Below, piece by piece: positions 50,877-63,411 of a stretch of 64,000 bases of DNA. Position 1 is the stretch's first letter. Every line of letters starts with the position of its first letter. A model generated the notes under the pieces. That model was not told the DNA's origin, did no database searches, and worked only from the letters and a program-made list of their open reading frames with translations. Position numbers and translations under genes: made by a program. The stretch covers positions 65,474,001 through 65,538,000 of the forward strand of contig CM052816.1 of assembly GCA_028534125.1 (NCBI GenBank), read 5' to 3'. Source of the stretch: Lama glama (Eukaryota).

Positions 50877-52720
50877 CTACCTCCTGGGCTTGTTGGGAGG
50901 ATAAAATGCATTATGCATTTAAAGCTCTAAGCCCATGCTAGATATGAAGATTGGCTGTTTGTAAAATTAAATCACTCTGCTAGGTACACACATACTTGAT
51001 TTTACTAGTTTTTAAAAAATAGTAGCAGTAAAAGTGTTAATACAAAATGGTTCCCATCATAATAATTCTATACTTTGAGTTGAACGACTTAGAGAAATTC
51101 CAACAGTGTGAGTTGAAATCAGTTTAACGAGAATAAAATCAAATCTATGCCACTCTCAAATATGACCCCAGTCTATGTAATTAATCTGAAAGGACTTCAA
51201 GGTCCAATGTGTATTATGTAAAGAGTCACTGGAGCACAAACTAGAGTGGGATGGACATTGGCCTGAGCAGTTGATCTGGGGGTAGCTAATGAAACAGTTT
51301 AGTTCTTTCGACAGACATATCACATACCCACCATGTGTGAGACACAATGGCAACATTTGGTAATACTTTAGCAACAACAATGATACAGTTCTTGCCTTGA
51401 GGAAACAATTGTGGTATACCATATAGAGCTGTGAGTAGAGAGAGCACCTGAGAGTGAGGGGTGGGTTTGTAGGGCAGTAACCGGTAGAAGACTCATTAGA
51501 AGAGATGATTCTTGATCCTTTGGCATGTTTAATTTGGGGATTTTTTAATTTTAATTTTTTTTCAAAGTTACGCAGACATCATGGAGCCTGGATAGGGTAG
51601 AACCAAATAGGGTTCTACCAAAAATATGAGATAGGGATTTGAGCTGTTCGTTGCATTCTGAAGGAAAAGATGATCCTAGAAGGTTAGGGACTTAAGTGAT
51701 TTTCAGGTGGCTGACATTGCATTAGACAAAAACTAGTATAACTCAGATGTGCATAACTGAGGGCCTGACTTTATTGCAATTTGAAATTACTGGGACTTGG
51801 GGCTATCTCTGTGAGCCTCCATGAGCTGAATATCTCCAAGTTCTTATTCACTGCATAAGTGAACATCCTTCAGCCAAATTCACTAATAGAAATATTTGAT
51901 AGAGGTCTTTTAAAAGTAGACTGTTAACTGGGTTAACTGTTAGACAGTCAATGACCAGTCTGTGACTGTAGGAGCAAATGATCATGGGGATGTAGAGTAT
52001 TCTCTGGACCTGATTCTCTAAAATTACTGTCAATGCATGGTCCCTTCCAAGCCTTTGACCTGGTTCTGAGGCAGGCTCCATACTAATCCTGAGATGTCTG
52101 AATGATCTTCTACTCCAGACTGTGTCAAGAAGAGCATAGACTGGATGTACATTCAAAGCAGAAGGCCAAAGGCTCTCTTCATGGTTTCCCACGCAGTTAT
52201 GGCATATTGCTGTAATCCCACACAGCAGCTAAAACATCTTTTTCTCATTTCTTTAGATTTCTGTAGCATTTGATGTCTCTACCATGTAATTTACATTTAA
52301 TTATAAGTTGTTTTGCATTGTTTAATGGTGATTTCAAGTATAAATGTCTTGCCTTCCTAAGAAGATTTTTAAAAAATTCCTTTTAGAACCAGGGCTCACT
52401 ACACAGTACCAGGTGTAAACATGGAGTAAACCACGAATACTGACTTCACCTCAAATTTACTTAACCATTTTCCCAGCACAGAAGGCCAGTCTGGCATGTA
52501 ACTCATTCTTCTGACTTGTGCCTACTTTATATCAGAATAAGTATCCTGAATTAATGGGAGTTTGTGAATGAAGTAACCAGATTTTCAATAAGATAATGAA
52601 GTTTCTTTTTGGGTTTTTTTGTTTGTTTGTTTTTTAAAAGAAACTGCTGAATGCGAAATAGATTTAGAAACAGAGATTGGGTTTGTTTGCAGGGGTAAAG
52701 AACTGCGTCACAACTTAGGG

Positions 52721-55571
52721 TGATATCTTTGTCTTGTTTTGGTATCAGGGTGATGGTGGCCTCATAGAATGAATCTGGAAATGTTACTTCCTCTGCAGTA
52801 TTTTGGAATACTTTCAGAAGGATAGGCGTTAACTCTTCCCCAAATGTTTGGTAGAATTCACCTGTGAAGCCATCTGGTCCTGGACTTTCATTTTGGGGAG
52901 TTTTTAAATTACTAATTCAATTTCAGTACTGGTAGTTGGTCTGTCCACATTTTCTCTTTCTTCCTGGTTCAGTTTTGGGAGATTGTACCTTTCTAAGAAT
53001 TTGTTCATTTCTTCTAGGTTGTCCATTCTATTGGTGTTTAGTTGCTTGTGGTAGTCTCTTATGATCCTTTGTATTTCCGTGGTGTCAGTTTTAACTGCTC
53101 CTTTTTCATTTCCTATTTTATTGATTTGGGCCCTCTCCCGTTTTTTCTTGATGAATGAGGTAAAGCATTTTGTTTATACTTTCACAGAACCAGCTTTTAG
53201 TTTTATTGATCTTTGCTATGGTTTTTTTTAGTCTCTATTTCTGCTTTGACTTTTATTATTTCGTTCCTTCTACTAACTTTGGGTTTTGTTTGTCCTTCTT
53301 TCTCTAGTTGCTGTAGGTGTAAGACTAGGTTGTTTGAGATTATTCTTGTTGTCTGAGGTTAGCTTGTATCACTGTAAACTTCCCTCTGAGAACTGCTTTC
53401 GCTGCATCCTATGGATTTTGATCATTGTGTTTTTGTTTTCATTTATCTCTAGGTATTTGTAATTTCCTCTTTGATTTCTCCAGTGATCCACTGGTTGTTT
53501 GGCGGCATATTGTTTAGCCTCCACGTGTTCGTGTTTTTTTGCAGTTTATTCCCTTGTAGTTGATTTCTAATCTCAGATCGTTGTGGTCTGAAAAGATGCT
53601 TGATATGATGTTAATTTTCTTAAATTTACCAAGACTTGCTTTATGGCATATGGTCTATACTGGAGAATGCTCCACGTGCACTTGAAAAGAATGTGTACTC
53701 TGCTGCTTTGGGATGAAATACTCTACAAATAACAATTAAGTCCATCTGCTCTAATGTGTCATTCAAGGTCTGTGTTCCCTTATTGATTTTCTGTCTGGAT
53801 GATCTATCCATTGATGTAAGTGGATGTTAATGTCCCCCACTATTATTGTGTTATTGCCAACTTCTCTTTCTATGACTGTTAACATTTACCTTATATATTG
53901 AGGTGCTCCTATGTTGGGTGCATATATATTCACAATTGTTATATCTTCTTTTTGAATTGATCCTTGATCATTATGTAGTGTCCTTCTTTGTCTCTTGTAA
54001 CAGTCTTTATTTTAAAGTGTATTTTATCTAAATATTGCTGCTCCAGCTTTCTTTTGATTTCTATTTGCATGGAATGCCTTTTCCTTCCCCTCACTTTCAG
54101 TCTGTATGTGTCTCTGGATCTGAAGTGAGTCTTTTGTAGGCAGCATGTATACAGGTCCATTCAATCAGTCTATGCCTTTTGGTTGGAGCATTTAGTCCTT
54201 TTACATTTAAGGTAATTGTCAATATATATGTTCTTATTGGCATTTTGTTAATTGTTTTGGATTTATTTTTGTGGGTCTTTCCCCTCCCCCCTTTCTTCTT
54301 TTATTCTCTTCTCTTGTGATTTCATGACTATCTTTAGTGTTATGTTTGGATACCTTTTTCTTTTTTGGGTATATGTCTTTTACAGATTTTTGGTTTATGG
54401 TTACTATGATGTTTTGGTATGGCAGTCTATATGTGTATATGACTTCTTTAAGTTGCTGATCTCTTAATTTCAAGTGCATTTTAAATACTTTGTATTTGTA
54501 CTCTTCTCCCCTCACGATTACTGTTTTTAATATCATATTTTACATCTAATTGTCCCTTAATTGCTTATTGTGGATATAGATAATTTTACCACTTTTGTCT
54601 GTTAAACTCCCTGCTAGTTTATGTGTGGACGATTCCCTATCTTTACTGTATGCTTGCCTTTACCAGAGAGTTTTTCCAGTTTATAATTTTCTTGTCTCTT
54701 GTTGTGGCCTTTTTTTTTTTCTACCTAGAGAAGTACCTTTTTCATTTGTCTTAAGCTGATTTGATGGTGATGAATTCTTTTAGCTTTTGCTTGTCTGTAA
54801 ATCACTTGATTTCTCCATCAAATCTCAATGAGCCTTTCTGGCAAGAGTATTCTTGGTTGTAGGTTTCTCCCTTTCATCACTTTAAATATATGATGAAATA
54901 TATGATGCCACACCCTTCTGGCCTGCAGAGTTTCTGCTAAAAAATCAGCTGATAACCTTGTGGTAGTTTCCTTGTATGTTATTTGTTGCTTTTCCCTTGT
55001 TGCTTTTAATATTCTGTATCTTTATTTTTTGTCATTTTGATTACTATATGTGTTGGTGTGTTCCTCTTTGGGATAACCCTGTATGAGACGCCATGCTTCC
55101 TGGACTTGGGTGACAGTTTCTTTTCCCAAGTTAGGGAATTTTTCAACTGTTATCTCTTCCGATATTTTCTCAAGTCCTTTCTCTCGCTCTTCTCATTCTG
55201 GAACCCCTATATTGTAAATATTAGTGTGCTTGCTGTTGTTCCAGAGGTCTCTTAAACTATCCTCATTTCTTCTTACTTTTTTTCTGTTCTGCAGTAGTGA
55301 TTTCCACTACTGTCTTCCAGCTAACTGATCTGTTCTTCTATCCCATTTTGTCTACTGTTGATTTTGTCCAGTGTATTTTTCATTCCAGTTATTATATTCT
55401 TCAACCCTGTTTGGTTGTTCTTTATGTTTTCTAACTCTTTGTTAAAACTTATAACTTCTTACTCTGTGAATCTGTTCTCCTCCCGAATTCTCTGATCATC
55501 TTTACAGTCATTACTCTGAACTCTTTCTCAAGTAGATTGCCTATCTCCACGTCACCTACTTCTGGGATTTT
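52721..55571 (-). mobile_element. Older L1 host, part 1: ORF1 (partial), spacer, ORF2 endonuclease to start of RT; 3' half missing
   Basis: Endonuclease remnant CCLQKTHFRSRDTYRLKVRG...RDKEGHYIMIK in the ORF track; ends near the [18 protein letters not shown] region at ~52721. Confidence 0.9.
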
Positions 55572-58500
55572 TTTTTCATAGAGTTTTTTGTTTGTTTGTT
55601 ATTGAAGTATAGTCAGTTTACAATGTTGTATCAATTTCTGGTGTACCACACATTGCTTCAGTCATACATGAATATACAAATATTCATTTTCATATTCTTC
55701 TTCACCTTAAGCCACTACAAGATATCAAATATAGTTCCCTGTGCTATACAGTATAAACTTGTTTATCTATTTTATATATACCAGTCAGTATCTGCAAATC
55801 TCAAACTCCCAATTTATCTCTTCCCACCCCCTTCCCCTCTGGTAACCATAAGTTTGTTTTCTGTGTCTGTGAGTCTGTTTCTGTTATATATATATAAGTT
55901 CATTTGTCTTTTTTTTTTTAGATTCCATAGATGATTGATATCATATAGTATTTTTCTTTCTCTTTCTGGCTTACTTCCCTTAGAATGACATTTTCCAGGG
56001 ACATCCATATTGGTGCAAAAGGTATTATGTTGTCATTTTTCAAGGCTGAGTAGTATTCCATTGCATAAATATACCACAACTTCTTTATCCAGTCATCTGT
56101 CAATGGACATTGAGGTCGTTTCCATGTCTTGGCTTTTGTAAATAGTGCTGCTATGAACATTGGGGTGCATGTATCTTTTTGAATTAAGGTTCCCTCTAGA
56201 TATATGCCCAGGAGTGGGATTGTTGGATCATATAGTAAGTCTATTTTTCATCTTTTGAGGAATCTCTATACTGTTTTCTATAATGGCTGCACCAAACTAC
56301 ATTCCCACCAACAGTGTGGGAAGGTTCTCCTTTCTCCCCGCCCTCTCCAGCATTTGTTGTTTGTGGACCTTTGAATGATGGCCATTCTGATTGGTGTGAG
56401 GTGATACCTCATTGTCATTTTGATTTGCATTTCTCTGATAATTAGCGATGTTGAGCATTTTTTCATGTGCCTATTGGCCATTTGTATGTCTTCATTGGAG
56501 AATTGCTTGTTTAGGTCTTCTGCCCATTTTTTGATTGGGCTGTTTGTTTTTTTCTATATGAGTTTATGAGCTGTTTATATATTCTGGAAATCAAGCTCTT
56601 GTCAGTCTCATCTTTTGCAAATATTTTCCCCCATTCTGTAGGTTGTCATTTTGTTTTGCTTACGGTTTCCCTTTCTGTGCAAAAGCTCATAAGTTTCATT
56701 AGGTCCCATTTGTTTATTTTTGCTTTTATTTCTATTGGCTGGGTAGACCGCCCTAGGAGAACATTGCTGAGATGTATGTGAGATAATGTTTTGCCTGTTT
56801 TCTTTTAGGAGATTTACTGTGACTTTCCTTATGTTTAAGTCCATAAGCCATTTTGAGTTTATTTTTGTGTATGGTGTGAGGGAGTGTTCTAATTTCATTG
56901 ATTTACATGCTGCTATCTAGTTTTCCCAACACCACTTGCTGAAGAGACTGTCTTTTCTCCACTGTACATCCTTGCTTCCTTTGTCAAAGATTAACTGACC
57001 ACAGGTCTGTGGGTTTATTTCTGGGCTCTATTCTGTTCCATTGACCCTGATGTCTGTTTTTGTACCAATATCATGCTGTTATGATTGCTGTAGCTCTGTA
57101 GTGTTGTCTGAAGTCTGGGAGTGTTATTCCTCCAGCTGCATTCTTTTTCTTCAGTAATGCTTTGGCAATTCTGGGTCTTTTGGGCAATTCCATGTAAACT
57201 TTAATATGATTTGTTCTATTTCTGTGAAAAATGTCCTGGGTAATTTAATAGGGATTACATTAAACCTGTATATTGCCTTGGGCAGGATGGCCACTTTAAC
57301 AATATTGATGCTTCCAGTCCAAGAGCATGGGATATCTTTCCATTTCTTTAAGTCTTTAATTTCCTTAATTGATGTTTTGTAGTTCTCCGTGTATAAATCT
57401 TTCACCTCCTTGGTTAGATTTATTCCTAGGTATTTTATTACTTTAAGTGCAATTTTAGAAAGGATTGTTTCTTTACTTTATTTTTCTTTTGTTAGTATAA
57501 AGAAATGCAACTGATTGTTTTTACATTAATCTTGTATCCTGCTACCTTGCCGAATTCTTTTATTTGCTCTAGTAGTTTTTGTGTGGAGATTGTAGGGTTT
57601 TCTATATGTAGTATCATGTCTTGGTGTGGGGCTATTTGGGTTCTTCTTGTTTGGAATCCTCTGTGCTTCCTGTACTTGTATATCTGGTTCCTTCTTTAGG
57701 TTTGGGAACTTTTCAGTCATGATTTCTTCAAATACCTTTTCAATTCTCTTTGCTCTTTCTTCTCCTTCTGGGACCCCTATTATGCATAGGTTGGCACACT
57801 TTATGGTCTCCCATAGGTCCCTTATATTGTTTTCATTGGTTTTTATTTGTTTTTCTTTAAGCTGTTCTGATTGGGTGTCTTCTGTTATCCTGCTTCTAAG
57901 TCACTTATTCGTTCCTCTGCATTATATAGCCTGCTTTTTTTATAGCCTTTAGTTCAGCTTGTATCTCAACAAGTGAGTTTTCCATTTTTAATTGGCTCCT
58001 CTTTATAGTTTCAGTTTCCTTTTTGATATATTCTTTGTCTCTATTCACTATCTCTTTAAGTTCCTTCAGTACTTTGATCACTCCTTTTTTGAAATCATGA
58101 TCTAGTAGACTATCAAGGTCTATTTCATTGAGCATTCTTTCAGGGGATTTCTCTTGTTCTTTGAATTGGGAGAGATTCCTCGGCTTCTTCATTTTACTTA
58201 TATCTCTTTGCCTCTATGGATTATGGAGTATAAGTTATCTACTGTGGTCCTGAACAGGTTTATTTATTTATTTATTTAACACAGGTGCAGAAATAAAAGT
58301 TGAAAAAAAATTAAAAGAAGAAAAAAAGCTTTGAAAACAGTATAATCAATAACAGAAGAACAAAATAGAGAAATATAGATCAAATTAAGACAAAAAGTTA
58401 ATAGAAATTTTTTAAAAGAAAAAATGTTTAAAAGGATTAAAAAATAAGAATAAAAAATTTAAGAAAATAAAAATTAAAAAAAAAGGAACAAAACAAAACA

Positions 58501-59696
58501 AAAAAAGGAGCATGTGTTCCTGTGTAGACTGCACTCCTAATAATTTTGTCAAGAAGTCCTTTTTAAGTATGCCTGGTTGCCATGTCTTCCTTCCATGCCT
58601 TTTGTCTGTTATCCCTTTGGTTGGGGGTTTGGCTGGTGTTGTGGCCAGAGCCTGTTCTGTGGTTGTTGCTGCTCCTGCCATCGCCCTGCTTCGTCAACTG
58701 CTCGCTGCTTCCAGAGGCCTGCGGGTCGGTCCGCTGGTCTGTGCTGCTCCCAGCGCCGGTAGGCAGGAGGTTCGCGCCCCCTCCCCACGCTGCGTCTGGT
58801 AGGTGGGCGGGTCGCTCCCCTCTTCAGCGCCCCTCCCCACGCCACGTCGGGTCCACGCTAGGTAGGCGGGCTGGCAGAAAACGGCCTCACCGGCCCTCGC
58901 CGCCACTGTGCGCGACTGTCCTCCTTGTTCACTTGTTTTGGAGGCAGGAGTTCACAGAGGCACCACAGAGCAGAACGGTCCCCTCTGCCTGGGGCTGTAA
59001 ACAAACCGCAGTCCCGCCTAAGAGGTTGTGGCGCCCCTAGGTACGTATTCAGGTTTCGACCCCACCTCCGCCTGGTGCTGCGTGTCTGAGGAGACAAAGG
59101 CTACGGCGCCCCTCCCCCCAGGGCACACCAGCAGTGGTGCTTTGGTTCTTTTTTGTTTTTTCCTTTTCGTATTTTCTGGGAAACCCAGGCTGTCCTGCTC
59201 TGTATACCCTCCCAGCCACGGCGCACGGCACCCTGCAGTCCCCCAAGGTTTGCCTCTGTACAGCGGCCCCTGTCCTCCACCCGCCTTGGCCCTGGCAGCC
59301 TGTCCCGCCCCCCAGCTGCCGGTTTGCGTCTAGGGCTGGGGCTCCCGGGGACCCTTTGTGCCTGCTTCACTTAGTTCTGTCAGTCAAGGGCTGTTCCATG
59401 CAGATCCGAGCCTCAGAGGTTCCCCCTCAGCCTCTGACCACTCCGTTGGAGCGCTGTTCCTCCTTTGCACTCCCTCCCCACAGGACCGGTTTCGCACTAA
59501 TTTCCTTTTGCTTTTCTTTTTCCCTTTTCTTCTACCAGATTTGTGGTGTATTTTGTGTTTTGAAGAAGGTAATGTTCTGTCAAAGTTCAGCGGGTGTTCT
59601 GAGTGGATGGGTGGGTCCGTGGATGTCAGTCTTGGTGTATTTGTGTGAGAGGGTGAGCTACGTGGCCTTCCACTCCGCCATCTTGGCCGCCTTCCC
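55572..59696 (-). mobile_element. Young L1 with both ends intact but an internal ORF1-to-RT deletion, nested in the older L1
   Basis: 5' end 'gggaaggcggccaagatggcggag'; CpG-rich 5' UTR; ORF1 start at 58192 (MKKPRNLSQFKEQEKSPE); ORF2 C-terminus; T-rich tail; TSD CTTCTGGG(A/G)TTTT at 55559-55571 and 59697-59709. Confidence 0.93.
58680..59696 (-). promoter_or_regulatory. CpG-rich L1 5' UTR internal promoter with YY1 motif
   Basis: The only CpG-dense stretch in the window; CCGCCATCTTGG at 59675-59686 is the YY1 core at the L1 5' end. Confidence 0.75.
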
Positions 59697-60850
59697 CTTC
59701 TGGGGTTTTATCTTGTTCCTTCATCTGGAACATATTCCTTTGTCACCTCATTATGTCTAAATTGCTGCTTGTATTTATATATGTGGTAGATAAACTATGT
59801 TTCTCGACCTTGGAAAAGTGGCCTTTGTACGAGAAGCTTTGTGCATCTCAGCAGTGCACTCCCCACTTGTCACCCAAGGACAGGGGCTAGCTGGTCACAG
59901 GGTAGCACCTGCCCTGTTTGCGGACTCATTCAGCAGGCTGTGAGACCAGTTTTCTTGCTTTTGGTGCCTCCTGGTGGGTGAACCTGGTGTAGAACTTACG
60001 CAGGCTTCCTGGTCGGAGGGCCTGGTGACTGACTACTGGTGGATAGACCTGGGTCTTGGTCCTTTGGTGGGCAGTGCCATGTCTAAGGGTGTATCTAGAG
60101 GCAGCTGTGGTCTCAGGAAGTCTTTAGACTGCCTGTCTGGTGATGAATTGGGCTCTGTCCCCACCCAGATAGATGTTTGGCCTGGAGCCTCCCAGCACTG
60201 GAGTGTACAGGCTGTTGGGTGGGGCCAGGTCTTAGTGCTAATGACCCAAGATGTTAGCCTCCAGGTAAGTTTACACAGATGAATACTCCCTGATGTGTCT
60301 GCCAGCAATGTCTGTGTCCCAAGGGTGAGCCACAACCGCCCCCACCTTCCCAGGAGACCCTCCCAGACCAGCAAGTAGGTCTGGCCCAGACTCCTGTGAA
60401 ATTACTGCTTTTGCCCTTGGTCCTGGTGCATGAGATTTTGTGTGTATCCTGTGAGAGTGAAGTCTTTATTTCCCTGAGTCCTGTAGCGCTTCTCCAGTTA
60501 AGCCCTGCTGACCCTAAGAGTCAAATGCTCTGAGGTTTCCTCGTCTCAGTGTTCGACCCCAACCTGGGGAGCCTGACATGGGGTTCACCCCTGTGAGGGA
60601 ATCTCTGCCATATAAATATTCTCCAGTTTAGGGGTCACACACCCTGGACTTAATGAGATTTGATTGTATCACAAGTCTGCCCCTCCCACCCATTTCGTTG
60701 TGGTTCTTTATGTGTTTAGTTGTAGAAGATCTTTTCTGGTAGGTTCCAGTCTCTTTCACTGACGATTATTCTGCAGTTAGTCGTGATTTTGGTATGCTCA
60801 TGAGAGAAGGTGAGCTCAAGGTCGTTCTACTCCATCATTTTGGCTGTGCT
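59697..60850 (-). mobile_element. Older L1 host, part 2: ORF1 N-terminus and 5' UTR
   Basis: Sequence continues from 55571 ('ttctgggg ttttatcttgttccttcatctggaacatattcc'); 5' end 'ggtgagctcaaggtcgttctactccatcattttggc' is homologous to the young element's 5' end but CpG-depleted. Confidence 0.85.
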
Positions 60851-61539
60851 AAGAGCTCGTTCTATACAAGTAACCGGAGTTTTCTGGCAGAAGCAAGCAG
60901 GCTTCATGTGTGTTTCTCAATTTACCATATTCTTTCAAGTAATTGATCCCCTTGATTATGTTCCTCCCTCAGATGCTTCTTTCTTTAACATTTTGTTGCT
61001 AATCAGAATCTCTGTGAGAATGACCACAAACCTGAAGAAAACTGCACTGTTAAATGGTGTTAACTGCTTCTTGAATGACTGACGGATTTTACCTTTAGAC
61101 TGACATGCCATCTCAGGATTTTGGCAACTCCATTCTTTTCTTGTAGCTCCCTGGTCATTTGTTTAAGATCTACCCCTTACCTCTCCCACTGGAGAGCATT
61201 TAGTTCTCATCCCTAAACAATCGGTAGAATAAAGAACTGGTGCAGGGCCATCTGTAGGAAGAAAGAAGTAACCTGTACTTAGAGTGACTTGTTGTGTAAA
61301 TATTTCTTGTGTTGAGATACAACCTGAGTACATCTATTAGATATCAGTTTTGTTCATTTGCTTATTACTTATTCATTCAACAAATACTACAGAGTAGCTG
61401 TTATGCACCAGGCATTGTTCATTTCTTTCAAGTTTTAAAATTATAAGCAGTTCTATTTTTATAATCTATTATTTAACAAAGTACAAATACTGGGATCCGT
61501 CTTTCTTTCCAACTGGGTTTTGGATGTACAACACGAAGA

Positions 61540-61785
61540 TTATGAGATTGGGCTCTAGATTCAGAGAACCTGTGAAAATCCCAGCTCCAACACTTTTTAG
61601 CTGTGTGACTTTGGGCAAGAAAAGGAACTTCTCTAAGCCTCACTTACTTCATCTTTACAATGGGGATAATAATAGTATTTACTCGTCTTCATTTTCTGAA
61701 GAGTGAATGAGAATGTGCACATATAGTATATTGCACTGGACTTGGCAGACAAGAAAGCACTCCAGAGGTGTTATTTGCTGTTGTT
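61540..61785 (+). mobile_element. MIR SINE, near full length
   Basis: 'aatcccagctccaacactttttagctgtgtgactttgggcaag...catctttacaatggggataataatagta'. Confidence 0.88.
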
Positions 61786-61979
61786 TTAATCATAGTGCTA
61801 GGCTACTTGATTGTTATAATCTTTCTTAACATTTATTGAGGAGATACCTATGAAGTATACTCAAAATAAACTTGAGCAGTCAGAGAGACACCACCATCTG
61901 GCCTGTTGTGTTATAAACAAAAGCCCTGAAATTGAGTCTGGCGGTAATGAGGGGAACAGATGCTTTGAATGCCTGCTAG

Positions 61980-62091
61980 AATTTGTTTTTCACTATATGT
62001 TTAAACTGTGATGAATGTCATTAATGTCGTCTCTCCTTTTATTTTAGGTAAGTACATCACCATTTTTGAAGCTTTATGCAGATGGGTAAGT
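61980..62091 (+). other. Recursive splice site with RS-exon (3'ss AG 62046-62047 abutting GTAAGT; RS-exon 62048-62085; downstream 5'ss GTAAGT 62086-62091)
   Basis: cattAat branch-like motif (A at 62024), tract 'tcgtctctccttttatttt', TAG|GTAAGT, TGG|GTAAGT 38 nt later, no AG between 61980 and 62045; PDE4D is a known recursively spliced gene in human. Confidence 0.75.
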
Positions 62092-62964
62092 CTTGCTGTT
62101 GAAGTGTTTCATGTTGATTTGCATACTTGGAGAATCTCGACCAGACAATGTGCTTATCATGGTCAGACAAATGCTTTTATTTTATTCAAGCAGAGATTTA
62201 GAAAGATAACAGCATTTCCCACACATATTCCATCTCTGTTTCAAATTTTTGGCAGAAAAAAATACATTCATTATTTTAAATTGGATGACATGTTATGTTT
62301 AATCTAAGTAATTGAAGATTGAGTTTTTTTACTCTGTCAGTAGAAGGCAGAGTATTTGAAAGGTTTTAGAATAGAAAAAAAAAGGTTTTCCTTCTATGAG
62401 AAATTGTGAAAATTTCTGAGGTAAAACATACAAACCTTTGTTTTTTTCCTTGCAAATGATGAATCTTTTTAAAATCACATAAAAAGCAGGTATCCCATGA
62501 TTATATTAATAAGATACAATTTTGTAGCAAATAGAAAATGTGGCTAATGTTCCTATAAGATCATTTGTACAGAACATTATACAAATTGTACATTGTACAA
62601 ATGAGGGAATTCTTGCTATGAGTGAGAGTTCATGTAGTTAATTTAGTGTTTATCGTTGTCTGTGATCCACTCCCATAGAAACTGAAGTAGGAGAAAAAGA
62701 CCTTGAAACAGGGGATTTAGTATAGATGTAAGTTGGATGTGAAAGGTAATTAAGCTATGAAACAACTTGCAAAAGGAAGTTACAAAATTTCTGCAATGGC
62801 GAACTTTAAAAACTATGTAAACAGTTTTATTTGCATTAGGAAAGTAAGATTTATCCTGTTTTGAGGCGAAGTATTGAGTTGACTAGTTGTCCTTGGTGAT
62901 AAAGTCCCAATTTGCTCCTCCAAGCTTTAATTTCTACTACTTACTCCATCTAAACCCTATTCTC

Positions 62965-63411
62965 TGTATGTTAGTCTTACTCTTCTAAGAAGCCAATGCT
63001 AAAGTGGGACTGAAAATACAAGGATTTTAGGAAATGCTCATGTAAGAGGAAATAGAGGGAGAGTCAGATAAGGTTGAGGGAGACCTCAGATTATGATACA
63101 AATTTGACCCTAAGTGAAAAAGGGAGAGAGAGAGAGGCTGGGTGGAAGCATCCTAGATTGGTTAACTTAAGGCTTACATATAGAGTCCTTAATCCAACAC
63201 TGGCCATTAGAGGAGTCCTTTGTTTCCTGGGAATGGGTTTACCTCAATATCTCTATGTTCTCCACTTGATCAGTCATTGCCTGGGAGCAGGCCATGGAGG
63301 CATGGTCATAGCTCGAATTCTTCAGTGGATTTCAGAGGCAGCAGCTGGGGGCCCTTGGTCAGTTATGGTCCCTGTAGTGGGAGGTCTGCGGGCATTCCTG
63401 TGGACACCACA
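62965..63411 (-). mobile_element. LTR16-like ERVL solo LTR
   Basis: 'gctgggtggaagcatcctaga...cagtcattgcctgggagcag...gatttcagaggcagcagctggggg...caccaca'. Confidence 0.75.

Noticed and set aside
51596..51619. 9-bp hairpin GGTAGAACC/GGTTCTACC, and similar 8-10 bp stems near 3403, 4103 and 62562
   Set aside because: Too short to distinguish from chance.
58412..59760. Cluster of overlapping ORFs up to 208 aa and a CpG island suggesting a gene promoter
   Set aside because: This is the GC-rich 5' UTR of the young L1, where stop codons are scarce because of composition.
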